A stretch of 64,000 nt of DNA from the human T2T-CHM13v2.0 reference genome, Homo sapiens. The notes under the pieces were generated by a model. That model did not search any database and was not told the origin of the DNA. It worked only from the letters and a program-made list of their open reading frames with translations. Of the stretch, positions 16,751 to 30,942 are shown in pieces. Each line of letters opens with the position of its first letter. Positions within the stretch are counted from its first letter, which is position 1. Made by a program: the position numbers and the translations under genes. The DNA lies in assembly GCF_009914755.1 (NCBI RefSeq), contig NC_060930.1; one strand, given 5' to 3'.

Positions 16751-17373
16751 GTCTTTATGGCAGAGATATTAACACTACTTGGATATTTCTGTACTGTCTT
16801 CTAAAATGCTACTATTTAAAGTAAGTTTTTAAAAATTTTTGCTTCTACCGCATAGAACATAATAACAGTTTTCTATAGCTGCACATAGCCTCCCCTAAGA
16901 AGCTCTGTAGTAAACATTTGAAATTTTCCTGCCTTTTTAACGTGTAGATTTTTTCATAGCTCTGGTGTCACTTTGACAAAATTTGAATATCAGTTGTATC
17001 ACTAAGGTATTGCTCACCTCTAAACTCACGTAATATGCCTGAACATATTTTTTTACTTAGTTTACTATGGTGGGTATAAGATTGAATATATGGTAGTTTG
17101 TTTTTACTCCCTCTTATAGAATTTACTTTCTGAAATACTAGCAGACTTTAAAATAAGATGTTCTTATATCGTATTTACTGATTCTCCATTAAACTCTTAA
17201 TCCTTAGCTATCCAATATGTACATATCTAAAAGAAATATATAAATTTATTGTAAATTGGTTTATATGTTAAAATCACAGATTATTTATATAATGGCAAAA
17301 AAAAAAAGGAAGAAAGAAAACAAAAAGAAATGTTGAAAGCAGATATCCCTGCCTATTTCCCAGTCTTAGGAGA

Positions 17374-17794
17374 TGTATCAGTCAGAGATCTTCAGAGCAA
17401 CAGAACCATTGAACCACAGTTGTTTACACACACACACCCCCACACACACAGATTTTAAGAAATTGAGGAACTGGCTCTCACGACTGTGGGAACCAGCAAG
17501 TCTGCAGGCTTGGGCAGGCTGGAAATTTCACCAGGAGTCATTGTTGCAGTCTTGAGTTTGAAGGCAGAATTCCTTCCTCTTCTCTGAACTTTAGTCTTTT
17601 ATCTTAGATCCTTCAGCTGATTGAAAGAGGCCCACCCACATTTTGGGGGATAATCTGCTTTACTCAAACTCTACAGATTTAGATGTTAATAACATACAAA
17701 AAATTTTTATGACATCTGGTCTGGTGTTTGACCAAACAACTGGGTGCCATAGTCTAGCCAGCTTGGATTAACCACTTAAAAATTAATTATCCCA
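17374..17794 (-). mobile_element. MLT2 (ERVL) LTR
   Basis: tgtatcagtcagagatcttcagagcaacagaacc ... ctggtgtttgaccaaacaactggg. Confidence 0.8.
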
Positions 17795-17796
17795 GG

Positions 17797-18500
17797 TACC
17801 GTGTGACCCAGCAGTCTTACTCCTGGATATTTACACTAGAGAAATGAAAACTTTTGTTCACACAGAAATATATACATGAATGTTCATAGCAGCTTTATTT
17901 GTAATAGCCTCAAACTGGAAATAACCCATATGTCTTTCAACAAGTGAATGGATAAACAACCTGTGGTATATCCATACAGTGGAGTACTACTCAGTGGTAA
18001 AAAGGAGCAGGTCTTGATATATGCAGCAACTTAATTGGATCTCAAGATCCAATTATGTTGAGTTAAAAAAAAAAGCTAATCTCAAATGATTACATATTCC
18101 TGAGGTGACAAAACTATAGAGATAGAGAAAAGATTAATGACTGCTGGAGTTTAGAGTTGGGGAGAATAAAGGCTATAAAGGGATAGCCTGAGGCAGTTTT
18201 GGGGTAGTGATGGAGCAGTTCTGTGTGCCGACTGTAGTAATAGTTACATGAATCTATAATGCAATAAAATTTATAGAACCACAGTCCCTTTCTTCCTCTA
18301 AAAGAGTGAGTTCATGATGGAAAAACTGGTAGAATCCAAATAAGGCCTGTAGTTAACAGAATTGTAACAATGCCAATTTTTTGTTCTTGATAATTGATAC
18401 CATGGTTACACAAGATGATATCATTCGGGGAACCTGGGTGAAGAATGCAAGAAAACTTCCTATTTTTGCAACTTCTCTGTGAGTCAGACTAATTCGAAAT
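17797..18500 (+). mobile_element. L1M (MC/MD-like) ORF2 end and 3' UTR
   Basis: gacccagcagtcttactcctggatatttac..gaatgttcatagcagctttatttgtaatagcc. Confidence 0.8.
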
Positions 18501-18855
18501 TTTGAGTTTTTTGGAAGGATGGAGGAAGAATTGAAAAATCTACAGATGTTAGAGAAGTCACTGATAAATGGCAAATAGGTGGGCAGAAGGCAGAAGAAAT
18601 AACAAGAGTATAGCACTGAAGCGGGACTGAACACTGGGGGTGCAGGTCAGTGAGGAAAATGGTGTATTGAAGGTCCATGTGTTGAGAAGCAGTGGGCAGG
18701 AAGATTGGATGCAGAGGATAGTGCCCTCTTAGACACCTCAGTTGCTTGCTCAAGGCATTTGAAAACTTACCTTCAGTGGGGAAAATTGGGAGTGTTCATG
18801 GGATTCTTCACTAAATGAGGATCCATCACAATTTAAAAAGACATTTATATTTTAG

Positions 18856-19408
<553 letters not shown>

Positions 19409-19640
19409 TTGCCTTTTTTTATTATTGTTTTGGTATACTTTAGTCCTAGTTTTATACACAGTGAGACCTTTCTTTTAAGGAAGAACTGGTAATAATTGAT
19501 AGAAAGGAGATGGTAGAAGCAATACAATCAGATGCTTAGTGATAGCCTTTTTGGATTCATTTATTAAACTAACAAGTAAAAGTGTATAATACAAAGTATA
19601 CTTGTTCTGTGATTGCTTATGGTTATATTTATATCACACA

Positions 19641-19876
19641 TTTTTCTTTTTTATTTCAGTAGGTTTCTGGGGAACAGATGGTATTTGGTTATATGAATAA
19701 GCTCTTTAGTGGTGATTTCTGAGATTTCGGTGCACCTGTACACTATACCCAGTGTGTAAATTTTTTTCCCTCACTCCCATCCCACCCTTTCCCCTGAGTC
19801 CCCAAAGTCCATTGTATCATTCTTAAGCCTTTGCATTCTCATAGGTTAGCTTCCACATATGAGTGAGAACATACAG
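19641..19876 (-). mobile_element. L1PB-like 3' end
   Basis: ggtatttggttatatgaataagctctttagtggtgatttctgagattt..gagtgagaacata. Confidence 0.85.
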
Positions 19877-19909
19877 TATCACATGTATTTTTGAAAGATT
19901 AAATATACT

Positions 19910-20468
19910 TGCTGTTTTCTGAATGTTTGTGTCCCTCCAAAATTCATACATTGAAACCTAATGACTAAGATGATAGTATTAAGGAATGGATCCTTTGTGG
20001 GATGATTAAGTCATGAGAGCAGAACCCTCATGAGTGGGATTAGAGACCCTATGAAAGGGGCCTAAGACTCTACTAAAAATACAAAAGAATTGGCTGGGTA
20101 TGGTGGCACATGCCTGTGGTCCTAGCTACTCAGGTGGTTGAGGCATAAGAATTGTTTTAGCCTGGGAGGTGGAGGTTGCAGTGAGCTGAGATCACGCCAC
20201 TGCACTCCAGCCAGGGCGACAGCCCAAGACTCTGTTTCGGGGGGAAAAGAGGCGTAAGAGAGCTACCTAGCCCTTATTGCCCTTCTGCCATGTGAGGACA
20301 CAGAGAAGCCTCCATCTATGAGGAACAGGTGCTCACCAGACACCAAATCTGCTGGCACATTGGTCTTTGGCTTCCAAGCTAACAGAATTGTAAGCAATAA
20401 ATTTCTATTATTTCTTAATTACCCAGTCTAAGGTATTTTATTATAGCAGCCCAAATGGACTACAGCAA
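19910..20468 (+). mobile_element. MaLR LTR (MST/MLT1A-like) with an inserted Alu right arm at about 20068-20240
   Basis: ctgaatgtttgtgtccctccaaaattcat ... ttatagcagcccaaatggacta; Alu TSD aaggggcctaaga / aagaggcgtaaga. Confidence 0.85.
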
Positions 20469-21519
20469 TACCATTCAACTATCACAAACTTTACCTGTTT
20501 TAAGACATAGTTGCAAAATGGTTATTTTTAAAAAAGAAAATGAGAATCATAATAACCTTGAATTTCGTTAGAAGATATTTTTATGAGTTTGTGATATTTG
20601 GGGGGCTATATTCCAGTAAACAAGTCTGCCTGCTTCCTTCCGATTGGAAGCTGTAACACATGCTCATTCTTGTACATCACAAAAAGCATGAAGAAGAATA
20701 AAACATACACATTCTATGATTCTACCTAGATGTAAGGACTGTACAATTTTGTGTGTTCTTCTAAACATTTTTAAGGCATATAAATACATGTTGTTTGGTT
20801 TTGATTTTAGGCTGGAGTTGATAATTCTCTTACTTCCGCTTCTCAGTTTCTTTACTTACTCATATTCCTATGCCTAAATTTAATTTGCACATGGGAGGCT
20901 ATGTAAAATGATGCTTCCTGATGGGGCATTAAGAAAACACTGATCAATTCATCTTCCTTGTGTTTGTCCCTATAAGATGCTGAGGTGAGCAAGAATGCCT
21001 GCATTTAGTGTTCATGGGCATTTCCACCCTCCAGTATTGGCCAACAGCAATATTGTGCTTATCATATCCTGGAATTCCTCACTTCTTCAGTCAAAACAAA
21101 GTGTTCTCACTACAGAAGAGGTTCTGATTAAATATGCGTGCTTAATGATGGAAGTGGTTTTCCGTGAGAACTCAGCAAAAACTAATACATCAATAGTCAT
21201 GTGGGTTACTGCAGGGAAACAGAAACAGAGTATTAAAGGGGACAGAATTAGCCAGGATGTGACTCAAGTCAGGATGGGGTCTACAGCATCATTAGCTCCT
21301 ATCCATTTTGAAAAGAGGAAGGATAACTGATAGGTATTAGAACTGGGCACTAGGCACTACAGAACACTGTAGACTTTTCTTCATTATTCACAGTAGATTT
21401 AAATCACGATCAGAGACATTGCTATATCCACACCATATTTGTTTGCTAAATTTATGATTTAATTATTTGCACATCTCTTTTCTGGGATGAAGGAATGAAG
21501 ACTGCTCATTTTGTTTCTT

Positions 21520-21780
21520 TTGTTTAATACTTAAGTTCTGGGGTACGTGTGCAGAACATGCAGTTTTGTTACATAGGTATACATGTGCCATGGTGGTTTG
21601 CTGCACCCATCAACCTGTGACCTACATTAGGTATTTCTCCTAATGCTATCCCTCCCCTAGCCCCCCACTCCCACTTACGAGTAAGAATATGCGGTGTTTG
21701 GTTTTCTGTTCTTGTGATAATTTGCTGAGAATGATGGTTTCCAGCTTCATCCATGTCCCTGCAAAGGACATGAACTCATT
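21520..21780 (-). mobile_element. L1PA (about PA7-8) 3' fragment with internal deletion
   Basis: L1PA 3'UTR; 15-bp TSD ctcattttgtttctt at 21505-21519 and 21775-21789. Confidence 0.9.
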
Positions 21781-21827
21781 TTGTTTCTTATGTGGGTGTT
21801 CATTTGGTATTAGCAATTTATAATCCT

Positions 21828-22290
21828 GTACAATGGGCATGATTGGTATTTTTTTGGCTGCCCAGCACCTTTTGAACACCTTACTATAATCTGGGGGAAT
21901 TTCCAACCTTACGAGAACCATCCTCCCACAATAGAACTCAGAGAACTAATCTGCTTTGCACCTAGGGCACAAGAATGTAACCTAGATTCCACCAACAAAC
22001 CTAAGTTCTGAAATGAGCAATTTGAGGAGAGAGGCTCTGCTTAGATTCCAGGTTTGCTAGCCAGAGTGGTGGTAGTGGCATCTGGCTCTTAGGGGTGGTC
22101 GTGTTTACAGTGTTGAATTCTTGGTGCAGCTGAAAACAGTGACAGTTTTCTCATTAAGCCTATTTTGTTCTGGATTGGGGATTGTTCCTAGAAGCTTAGT
22201 ATTGAGCCTCATTCTTAATATCCTTTTAATAAACTCCTTTCCTGTATGATTACTCAGAACCAGCTGCTGTTGCTTATGACTAAGTAGTTG
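21828..22290 (+). mobile_element. ERVL LTR (LTR33/LTR16-like)
   Basis: tttttggctgcccagcacc ... aataaactcctttcctg..ctgttgctt. Confidence 0.55.
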
Positions 22291-23260
22291 AAAGATCAAT
22301 TCTCAGTTAGCACTGTGAAGCATCTCTTTTGGTCTGACTGTGTTTTGGGTGAGGGCAAAGGACAGGGTCTGAGCTCAAAAGTTGAATAATGTCATTTCTA
22401 GAACGAGACCTGAAAATGTACGCCTACAAGTAAGAAGTGCAGACTGAGTTAAAAATAAAGGTTTTATGAGAAATAGGAGCCCACCATAGGAAAAAGTAAC
22501 TCCAAGATGAGACGAGGATAGGGATCAAAGTCAGTGAAGTGAATAGAATAATCAGACTCATGCTTGACTGACAAGTTGAAATCCGTGTGATTTTTGTCTT
22601 GGCATTAGAAAATTTTATATTGCAATACCATTCTTTGATTCCCACTTCCCTTTGTCATATTTCCAAGATTGTAAATCTTAAAATAGTTTCAAAGAATCAG
22701 ATTCTTTGTTCACTGTATACAGAATTAACTAAATCAAAATCATGTTTATTGTTTTTAGGATTATATACTGCCATCCACAATTCTATTTAGTTAGTATTAA
22801 AATAATAATGCTAATTTTCTAATTGTTTGTGGGCTGTATGCCCAAGAAAGCATTTACAATGAAAAAAATTCTTCCGGGAGCTGTGAACCTAAGAAATCAT
22901 TATTCAAATACTCTTAGTTTAGTAGACTGATTGGCATATTGAAACATTCACTTACCCTTTATATAGAGAGATACTGGCCCAGTCATTTTGGAATATGGCA
23001 GTCAGGAAGCAGTGTTACCTTAACAATATGGCCCTAACTGCTAAATGTGCATGTCTTTCTTGAGATTCAGATGGTTCTGATGGTTAAAGCCCCTCTCCTA
23101 GATATGTAACTGATTTTTATATTAGATAAAAAAAGCTTCCATTTATCAAGGGTCAACTGGGTGCAGTCATTGTTTGGATGCTTTACATAATTTATCTTTG
23201 AGCCGTACACACCCCAGCCAGCCAGGTTGTTACACCTGTCTTTAAAAAAAATAATAAACT

Positions 23261-23570
23261 GGCAAGGCACGGTGGCTCATGCCTGTAATCTCAGCACTTT
23301 GGGAGGCCGAGGTGGGCGGATCACGAGGTCAAGAGATCAAGACCAACCTGGCCAACATGGTGTAACTCCATCTTTACTAAAAATACAAAAATTAGCTGGG
23401 CATGGTGGCGTGCGCCTGTAGTCCCAGCTACTCTGGAGGCTGAGGCAGGAGAATCGCTTGAACCCAGGGTACAGAGGTTGCAGTGAGCCAAGTGCACCAC
23501 TGCACTCCACCCTGGGAGGCTGAGCAAGACTCCGTCTCAAAATAAATAAATAAATAAACCAAACAAACAA
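23261..23570 (+). mobile_element. AluSc-like
   Basis: gatcacgaggtcaagagatc. Confidence 0.92.
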
Positions 23571-25194
23571 ATGAACTAAGGCTCGAGAGGTTACATGACT
23601 TGCTCCTGGCTATCCAGGTTTATTTTAAGTTGATGTTTCAGAGCAATTTTGTAACCTAAGGTACTTTTCTTAGGAATTTTAATAGTTACCTATTCCCAAC
23701 CTCATCTCAGTGTCTAAGTAGAATGGTCCTGTGGTGCATCCTAGTTTCTATCAACCCTCAGCCTCTGGCCCAGCTCTGTGGCTTGATTTCACAGGCTTTT
23801 AGCAACTGGCAGTAACTACTAAGAATCACTTCATTTCATTGCCTATTGGTGATGTAATTTCTCAGATTTGGGCTTTACTTTCTGTAGTTCTTATTCTTCC
23901 TACTTGGCCAAAACAGCAAATGAGTAAGAGAATGCCATGTGGAAAATTTAAACCCTCCCTCCGTAGTTTCTCAACAATTGCAGTTATCTCTACTATTTTC
24001 TTTTAGGAAGGAAGAATAAGTTAAACTTTTCTTCTCAGGTTGAGGGATGCCAGGCCTGATTTGCAGTTACTTTAGCGGCCTTAGTTTATTTGTGTGCTGT
24101 AACTGTCAATGAAGTACCTCAGATGGTCCTGGGCTGTCTTCTTAAAAGTGCAGAATGATTTGAATAAAGTGTAGTGGGATACGCGAACAAAATTCAAACT
24201 GGTTTTGTGATAAAGGCATACATTCTGAGCCAATGCCAGAGAAAAGAACCATCTCAAACTTATTTGAACCCCATGGTACTATTTTTGGAACAAATCTCGT
24301 GTTCGAATAAATCACTGCCCCATCAGCATTCAGAGGGTCTACTGCACTTCCATAATGAATCACATATTCAAAGTCAGACACGAAAGGAATCATTGTAAAG
24401 GGTTTTTGACATTTTAGGCTACAAAGAAATCCTGGTTTTGAAATTTTTCTTTCTTCACCCTCTTACAGTATTCCTGATTGCTGGGAAGTTTGGAAGGGGT
24501 AGGAGAGGAACATGAGAAAACAATGAACTCACCTAAGACGCATAGGAGCCATAAAGAGGGGACAGTATCTAAATTAAGATTTTAAGCCATTGTACATCTA
24601 GTAGGATAAATACGTGTATGGGTGTGTGTACTATTTTGTGACAAATAACAGGCAAGCTGCTGCTGCTGTGGTGAATGAATGGGAAAGGTAAACTGAGGGG
24701 TGCTTACTTTCCCTATGCATTGCAATCATTATTAAGCTTTAATCGAGTCAAACAACTCGTGTGTTTCACCCAAAACAACAATCTTCAGTTTATAAGATCT
24801 GACTTAGAACCGGGATGAGAACAGAGAAATAGAAGTTTGTATCTGTAGTTATTTAAGTGGTAACCCATCACTTGGGAAGCTTTTGTTCATTGCAAAAAGT
24901 TTGTTTTAATGAGTCCATATAATACACAGAAATTTCCATAATTTACCAAATGATTTATAATTTAAACTGCATCTGTATATCCTTTGAGATGATCTATTAA
25001 AATGAATGAATAGCTCAAGTTATGTTTAAGGCATAGGTCATAAGTTTATTTAAGAATTAGTCATAAGAGTATTTATTAGGAGGGATGGTATTTGACTCAA
25101 ATACTTTGAAAACCTAGAAGTCATAGAAGAAAGATAAAGTGATTTTAAAAGGTATTTGGGGGAGAAAAGCATCTGCATATAAAGTCTTCTCTCT

Positions 25195-25332
25195 CTCTCT
25201 CTTTTTTTCTTTGGTAGAAACAGGGTCTTGCCATGTTGCCCAGGCTGGTCTTGAACTCCTGGGCTCAAGCAATCCTCCAGCCTCCGCCTCCCAAAGTGTG
25301 GGGGTTATAGGCACGAGCCACCATGCCCAGCC
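25195..25332 (-). mobile_element. FLAM monomer
   Basis: Single antisense left monomer. Confidence 0.85.
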
Positions 25333-25974
25333 TACATATAACTCTTGGGTACAGGTATACCTCCTTTTATTGCACTTTGCTTTATTTTGCTTTGTAGATA
25401 TTGTAAGTTTTTTCCTAAATTGAAGGTTTGTGTCAACCGTGCTTCAAGCAATTCTCTCAGCACCGTTTTTTCCAACAGCTTGTGCTAACTTTGTGTCTCT
25501 GTGCCACATTTTGGTATGTCTCACAATATTTCACATGTTTTCACTATTATATTTATTATGGTGATCTGTGATCAATGATCTTTGAGGTTACTATTATAAT
25601 TGTTTTGAGATGCCACGGACTATGCCCATATGAGATGGTGAACTTAATTGGTAAATGGTATGTGTTCTGACTGTTCCCCCACCAGCCATTCATCTCCCTC
25701 TCTCTGTCTGTCTTTCTTCCAGCCTCCCTATTGCCTGACTCACAACAATATTGACATTGACTTAGAGGCCTACAAAGGCCTCTAAGTGTTCAAGTGAGAG
25801 GAGGGGCTGCATGTCTCTCACTTTTTGTCAAAAGCTAGAAATGGGCAGGCATGGCGGCACACGCCTGTAATCTAGCAATTTGTGAGGCTGAGGTGGGTGG
25901 ATTGCTTGACCTCAGGAGTTCAAGACTAGCCTGGGCAACATGGTGAAACCCTGCCTCTACAAAAATACAAAAGA

Positions 25975-26682
<708 letters not shown>

Positions 26683-27989
26683 CGATCAAACCAACCATAA
26701 CATTCTCTTAAGCTAAAGTCTAATCCAGAGCAAAGCCCTAACTCTGTTCAATTCTGTGAAGGCTGAGAGAGATGAGCAAGCTGCAGAAGAAAAGTTTGAA
26801 GCTAGCAGAGGTTGATTCATGAGGTTTAAGGAAAGAAGCCATCTCCATAACATAAAAGTGCAGGGTGAAGCAGCAAATGCTGATGAAGAAATTGCAGCAA
26901 TTATCCAGAAGGTCTAAGACCATCGATGAAGGCGCCTATGCTAAACAACAGATTTTCAATATAGATGAAACAGCCTTCTATTGAGAGAAGATGCCATCTC
27001 GGACTTTTGTTTAAATGGCAACAAAGGATTTTGAGTATTACATAAACTTAGTTGCTAAGGCAGCCAGCAGGGTTTGAGAGGATTGACTCCAATTTGAAAA
27101 GCAGTTCTGTTGTGGGTAAAATGCTCATGCTACAGAGAATCTTTTGTGAAAGGAAGAATCAACCAATACAGCAAACTTTATTGCTGCCTTCCTTGAAGAA
27201 ATTGCCATGGGCATCCCAACCTTCACCAACCACCACCTTGATCAGGCAGCAACCATCAACATTGGAGTCAAGACCTTTCACCAGCAAAAAAAAATTACGA
27301 CTCCCTGAAGTCTCAGACGATCGTTAGCATTTTGTAGCAATAAAGTATTTTAAAATCAAGGTATGTACACTTTTTCAGACATGATACTATTGCATACTTA
27401 AGAGACCACAGCATAAAAATAACTTTTAGATGCACTGGGAAACCAAACAATTTGTGTGACTCATTTTATTGTGCTATTTGCTTTATTGCACTTTTTCCCT
27501 TATTGCAGTAGACTTTGTCATGTGAAATAATTAACTCTCTGGCTTATATTATAAATTCTATGTTAGTGATGTTTAGGAATGTACTTACTATAGAATATAC
27601 TGTTATAAGAGTAGAGAAATAACAATACCTTGCTTAATAAACTATTAAGGTGAACTTATTTTACATTTTTACTTCTCAGTGAGAATACATCTGATAATTT
27701 AGGGAATTTAGTGATTATGTAAAAGCATTTTATTGTTTTTTCCTTAGTAGTGCATTTTTTAAAAAGACATGTTTTACATTGTTGGTATCTTGGATTCCAG
27801 AAAATATAGAAATCTTCTTTTAAATAGACTTACCGATAAATGATACTAATGATAACACATAGGAAGATACTAGAACCTCTATCAATAGTCAAAATATCAA
27901 GCCAAAGATATTAGTTACAGAGTACTGTGACATTTTCAACACTATTATCAATTTTGTTCCTCTCTTTTATGATTGAGTGATACTCCATC

Positions 27990-28760
27990 TAAAAATGGGG
28001 GAAGACATTAATCCTCATTATCTAGACTTAAATGAAAGTCTTGACAAGTTCCAACATATTTTTTCTATAAGATTTTTAGAAAAATAAATTGGTACATCTT
28101 TCAAGATATTACACAGAGCTCTGTTAATAACCTGAGGATGGTTTTCTGAAGATGATATTGTTAGCTTGGAACAATATTGCCTTTTATTTAGTAAACATTG
28201 AAAAACATACAAAGGATATTGATACATGACATCAGTATGGGAGAAATTGATGGCATCAAGAGAATAAAAGAATCTATGGAAATTCGCTGCAGAAGGGTTG
28301 GTAAAAAATCTAACTATATGGTATGTTGAACTCTATAGTTGTTTACATAAAGAATTTGGACTGGACACTGACCCAGCAGGAAAAAATAATCTGGTCAGTA
28401 CACTTATTTATGTCAAGGATATGTTGATCTTGTAAGAGTTAACATTACTTTGGGGGCATATAAATATTGAGAAATCATTCTAATATTACACTGTGGAGAA
28501 ATTCAGTGAAAATGGTTAAAAAAAGAGACTTCAGGAAAATTAAAATAAGTTGAAATTGTTTGATTTGGACAGAAGAATCAAAAGATTAGGAGTTACAAGG
28601 AGAAGAGGCACAGCTGTTCTCTATTTCTGTGAAAACAGAGTAAAAATAAATGCATATTCATGAGAATGGAAAATATGCAGGTTGGTTATTGGAACAGTAC
28701 CAGAAAGAAGAAGGGGCATCTTACCTTGGAAATTTTGAATGCAATATATAATTGCATCTG
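27990..28760 (+). mobile_element. Ancient CR1/L3 LINE remnant
   Basis: tctagacttaaatgaaagtcttgacaagtt resembles the YLDFSKAFDKV region; ttgtttgatttggacagaagaa and tggaacag...ccttggaaatttt resemble the CR1 3' end. Confidence 0.5.
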
Positions 28761-28992
28761 ATAAAAACTGTATGTACTCATTCGATACGTATGCATTGAA
28801 TGTCTTCCATAGAAAAGCCTAATATTAAGTGTTGATTCCTGTTTGAATATAAGAAACTAAACCAGGGACTTGATAGAAGGTGTCCATCATAGTTCTGTGA
28901 CTTTTATGAACATAGTGGGCTAAGTGAGACTTCTTGAGAAATGGAAAATCAATTTCATACCCTTTCAGTAGGTAATATACCAAGATGTTTCT

Positions 28993-29064
28993 ATATATTT
29001 ATATATATATATGTTTATGTATATTTACATATATATTTATATATATATATATATAGAGAGAGAG
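28993..29064. repeat. (TA)n(GA)n low-complexity repeat
   Basis: Direct inspection. Confidence 0.9.
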
Positions 29065-30798
29065 ACATGAATAGAATGGCTCTATAGAGTTAGTCACCCT
29101 TTGGTATCAATTAAGCTGCCCATATCTAAATGTCTTTTGACCATTCCTTAAGAAATGTCAAGAGAAATAAGAGAAAGTTAGTAATGCTGCTCATATTTTC
29201 TTTGTCATTATTTACAGTGTATTATGCATACAGTGTAATCCATCAGCCAACTTTAATTTCGTAAGCTATTCATTGTGTTTAAACAGCGCCTTTCTTATAT
29301 TAAATATTTATGGCAGTCTTTGGGAAGAATACATTAAAATAGCAGATGGGGGTCGTTTTAAACATTTCCTTGATTGAAGGCAGGGGACCCCCTTGTGAAT
29401 TTATAGTCTGCTTTCAAAGAAAGTTCACAATGTCTGATAACCCAAGGAGGCAAGAATTCCACCAATTCCCAGCACTGTGATTTCAAAAAGCAATGGCTGC
29501 AAACAGTCTTCATGCTTCAGCACCTCCTATTTTGAAACTGTTAGCAAGAGCAGTGAAGAACGGTGAACAAAACCGTTTACAGTTGTATTGCCTATTAATA
29601 ATGCAATAGGAGTACACCTCTTTTGCATTAATATTACTTTTTAATCGATTTTTAACCATAGTAGCAAAAATAAGTGGAAAGTCAAACCTTTGACCTGCGG
29701 TGGACAGGAAGATGTATCCTAGACTCTGGAATTCTGATTCTGGAATTTAAAAGATGTTTGGGGAATTATGTCCTAGGAAACGTTTTCTAAAACAGGAATG
29801 TGCTTTTTTGCTTTATATTTTCTATTTGCCTTGGTAACTAAGAAGTCTGAATCCAGGAATAATGTTTTTTTTTCCCCCAAAGTAGTCTCTTCCCCTGGTT
29901 TAAGCTTATAAACACTATACATCTTTAATTATATTATTTTCTTTAGTAGTTATCTTGACCTTTAGGAGTGTTACTGAATATAAAAATTATTCTATCAGTT
30001 TTTATTAAAATCTTAGATTATTAGACTGTATAATTTGACTTCATTATCATTTGATAATTGAGATGTTTCTTAAACAGTCTTACTCTGTTTTTTCTAAGCA
30101 AACAGCTTGCATTTGATGCAAAAGGGAAATGTTTTGTCTCTGAAAAATCTTATGTAGCTTTAACCAACTATTTCATTAATGTTTGGTGAGAGCTCTGATA
30201 GTTTCAGGCCAGGGAAACTATGACTCTTGTAGTACTTAAGACACTTGCCAATCAATAGTAACCATCCTCAGCTGATGGAGTGATCGTTTTACAATCACAT
30301 AGAATGTAAAGGTATCATGGAAGGGGGAAGGTGCCACGGGCAGGCTGGTAATATCAGAGTCTCTTTAAACTTATATTTTGCAAGTAATTGTTCAATAGTT
30401 CTTCATGGGATGTGAAGAAACTAGTTTTCTAGTGGTAAAAATTGTATACCTTTGTTTTTAAAAATGTTTTATTATGTGCAGTGATTGTAATATCACATTT
30501 AAACATAGCCCAGGAGTTTTTCACAGATGTGCTCTCAAGGATCTGTGAATCACCTGAAATATCAAACCCATGTTGTATGTAGCTTGTTTTTGGAAGGGTA
30601 TCCTTAGCTTCCATCAGTATCAAAGGGGATCTCCAATCCCAAAACCTTAAGCTGATCTGATCTAAGATCTTTATTTTCTAGATGAAGAATCTGAGATCTG
30701 ACAAAATCAAGTGACTAATTTAAAGTAAGACAGTATTGAAAGAACTACAATTAAAATCGTTTATTCTACTGGAGATTGTCCATGAGGTTTACAATATT

Positions 30799-30942
30799 CT
30801 TTTTTTTTTTTTTTTTTCATTTTTGTTAGAGACAGGATCTTGCTATGTTGCCCAGGCTGGCCTTGAACTCCTAGCCTCAAACCATCCTCCCACCTTAGCC
30901 TCCTGAGCTGCTGGGATTATAAACATGAGCCACTGTGTCCAG
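30799..30942 (-). mobile_element. FLAM monomer
   Basis: Poly-T followed by a single monomer. Confidence 0.85.

Noticed and set aside
26738-27327. Possible domesticated Tigger transposase
   Set aside because: Stops, frameshifts and a large internal deletion in a Tigger1 fossil
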